IMG/VR virus record: IMGVR_UViG_3300038406_000114
Location: 1-25,348 of that record
Strand: one strand, 5' to 3'
DNA: 25,348 nucleotides
Source: a virus
Taxonomy: Duplodnaviria; Caudoviricetes
Part shown: positions 24,811 through 25,348 of the stretch, in pieces
How positions within the stretch are numbered: the first letter of the stretch is position 1
Layout: each line of letters begins with the position of its first letter
The notes under the pieces: generated by a model
What the model saw: the letters and a program-made list of their open reading frames with translations, nothing else
Database searches by the model: none
Told to the model about the DNA's origin: nothing
Program-made: the position numbers and the translations under genes

Positions 24811-24864
24811 CAGCGAAGCGGCCCCGGCCTCCCGTCTGGGGGGAAAGCCGGGGCCGCTTCGCTG
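24811..24864. terminator. Bidirectional terminator-like hairpin
   Basis: Perfect 18-bp inverted repeat CAGCGAAGCGGCCCCGGC/GCCGGGGCCGCTTCGCTG between convergent genes. Confidence 0.85.
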
Positions 24865-24866
24865 TG

Positions 24867-25004
24867 CTATCTGTCCCGCGCGGCGCGCTCCGCCTCCTCG
24901 CGGGCCAGGCGTTCCGCCTCCTGACGGTTGAACTCCTGCTGCCGCCTCTGCTCGGCCAACAGCTGCAGCTCCCGCAGCTTGCGCATCGTCTCGTCGTCAA
25001 CCAT
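24867..25004 (-). CDS. 45-aa charged helical hypothetical protein
   Basis: GGGAGGTG RBS before ATG 25004; MVDDETMRKLRELQLLAEQRRQQE... Confidence 0.65.
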   Translation of the reverse strand: MVDDETMRKLRELQLLAEQRRQQEFNRQEAERLAREEAERAARDR

Positions 25005-25020
25005 GGTCAACACCTCCCGC

Positions 25021-25347
25021 CTACGCCGTGAACGTGGTCCGGCGGCGCCGCGCCAGCCACAACGCGCCGCCACCCACCGCCGCCGCCACCCCGCCGGCCA
25101 GCGCCAGCCCCGCCGCCGGCACACCGGTGGTCGGCAGCTGCTGGCCGCCCACACCCGGCGCCGGGGTCTCGTCGCCCGGCTCGGTGGTGGGCTCCACCGT
25201 CGGCTCGACGGTCGGGGTCGGTGTCGGGTCGACCGTCGGCGTGGGCTCCGGCTCACAGCCCTCCACGACGAGCTCGTGCCACGCCACCCCCGGGGCGTCG
25301 CCGTCGAGCACGTCCCCGCCGGCCTGCAGGTGGTCCAGCAGGTCCTG
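25021..25347 (-). CDS. LPXTG cell-wall-anchored surface protein (C-terminal part; 5' end lies outside the window)
   Basis: Pro/Thr/Glu linker, LPTTG, hydrophobic helix and RRRR tail; the frame is open to the window edge. Confidence 0.85.
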   Translation of the reverse strand, partial: QDLLDHLQAGGDVLDGDAPGVAWHELVVEGCEPEPTPTVDPTPTPTVEPTVEPTTEPGDETPAPGVGGQQLPTTGVPAAGLALAGGVAAAVGGGALWLARRRRTTFTA

Positions 25348-25348
25348 C

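Larger units (their letters stand above)
1..25348. mobile_element. Siphovirus-type actinophage/prophage segment (packaging, head, tail, lysis, start of accessory arm)
   Basis: Canonical order terminase-portal-protease-capsid-neck-tail tube-chaperone-tape measure-tail tip-endolysin-holins, with many ATGA/GTGA/TGATG overlaps. No sheath or baseplate wedge genes seen. No boundary visible in the window. Confidence 0.97.

Overview
High-GC actinobacterial phage or prophage DNA. The window holds the whole late (virion and lysis) operon of a siphovirus on the + strand (137-23454) and the start of an accessory/regulatory arm (23523 to the end). Gene order: terminase small and large subunits, two small genes, HK97-type portal, ClpP-type prohead protease and HK97-fold major capsid. 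These are followed by a block of seven accessory genes (including an Lsr2-type DNA-binding domain and a 14-repeat fibre-like protein), head-tail joining genes, two paralogous tail-tube-like genes, a chaperone, a 745-aa tape measure and a 945-aa tail-tip protein. Next come three tandem paralogous receptor-binding-like proteins, an Amidase_2 endolysin with an internal start, and five membrane proteins including a collagen-like one. Beyond a strong hairpin lies a small divergent module: three CTGTCAYGACAG palindromes overlap two divergent promoters, one driving a ribbon-helix-helix gene and the other a leftward operon with a low-GC single-motif LAGLIDADG gene. The window ends inside an LPXTG-anchored surface protein. 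A 31-bp, 10-bp-phased motif is repeated in two late-operon intergenic gaps. No integrase, tRNA, rRNA or CRISPR array is seen. All product calls come from motifs and gene order read by eye; no database searches were run.
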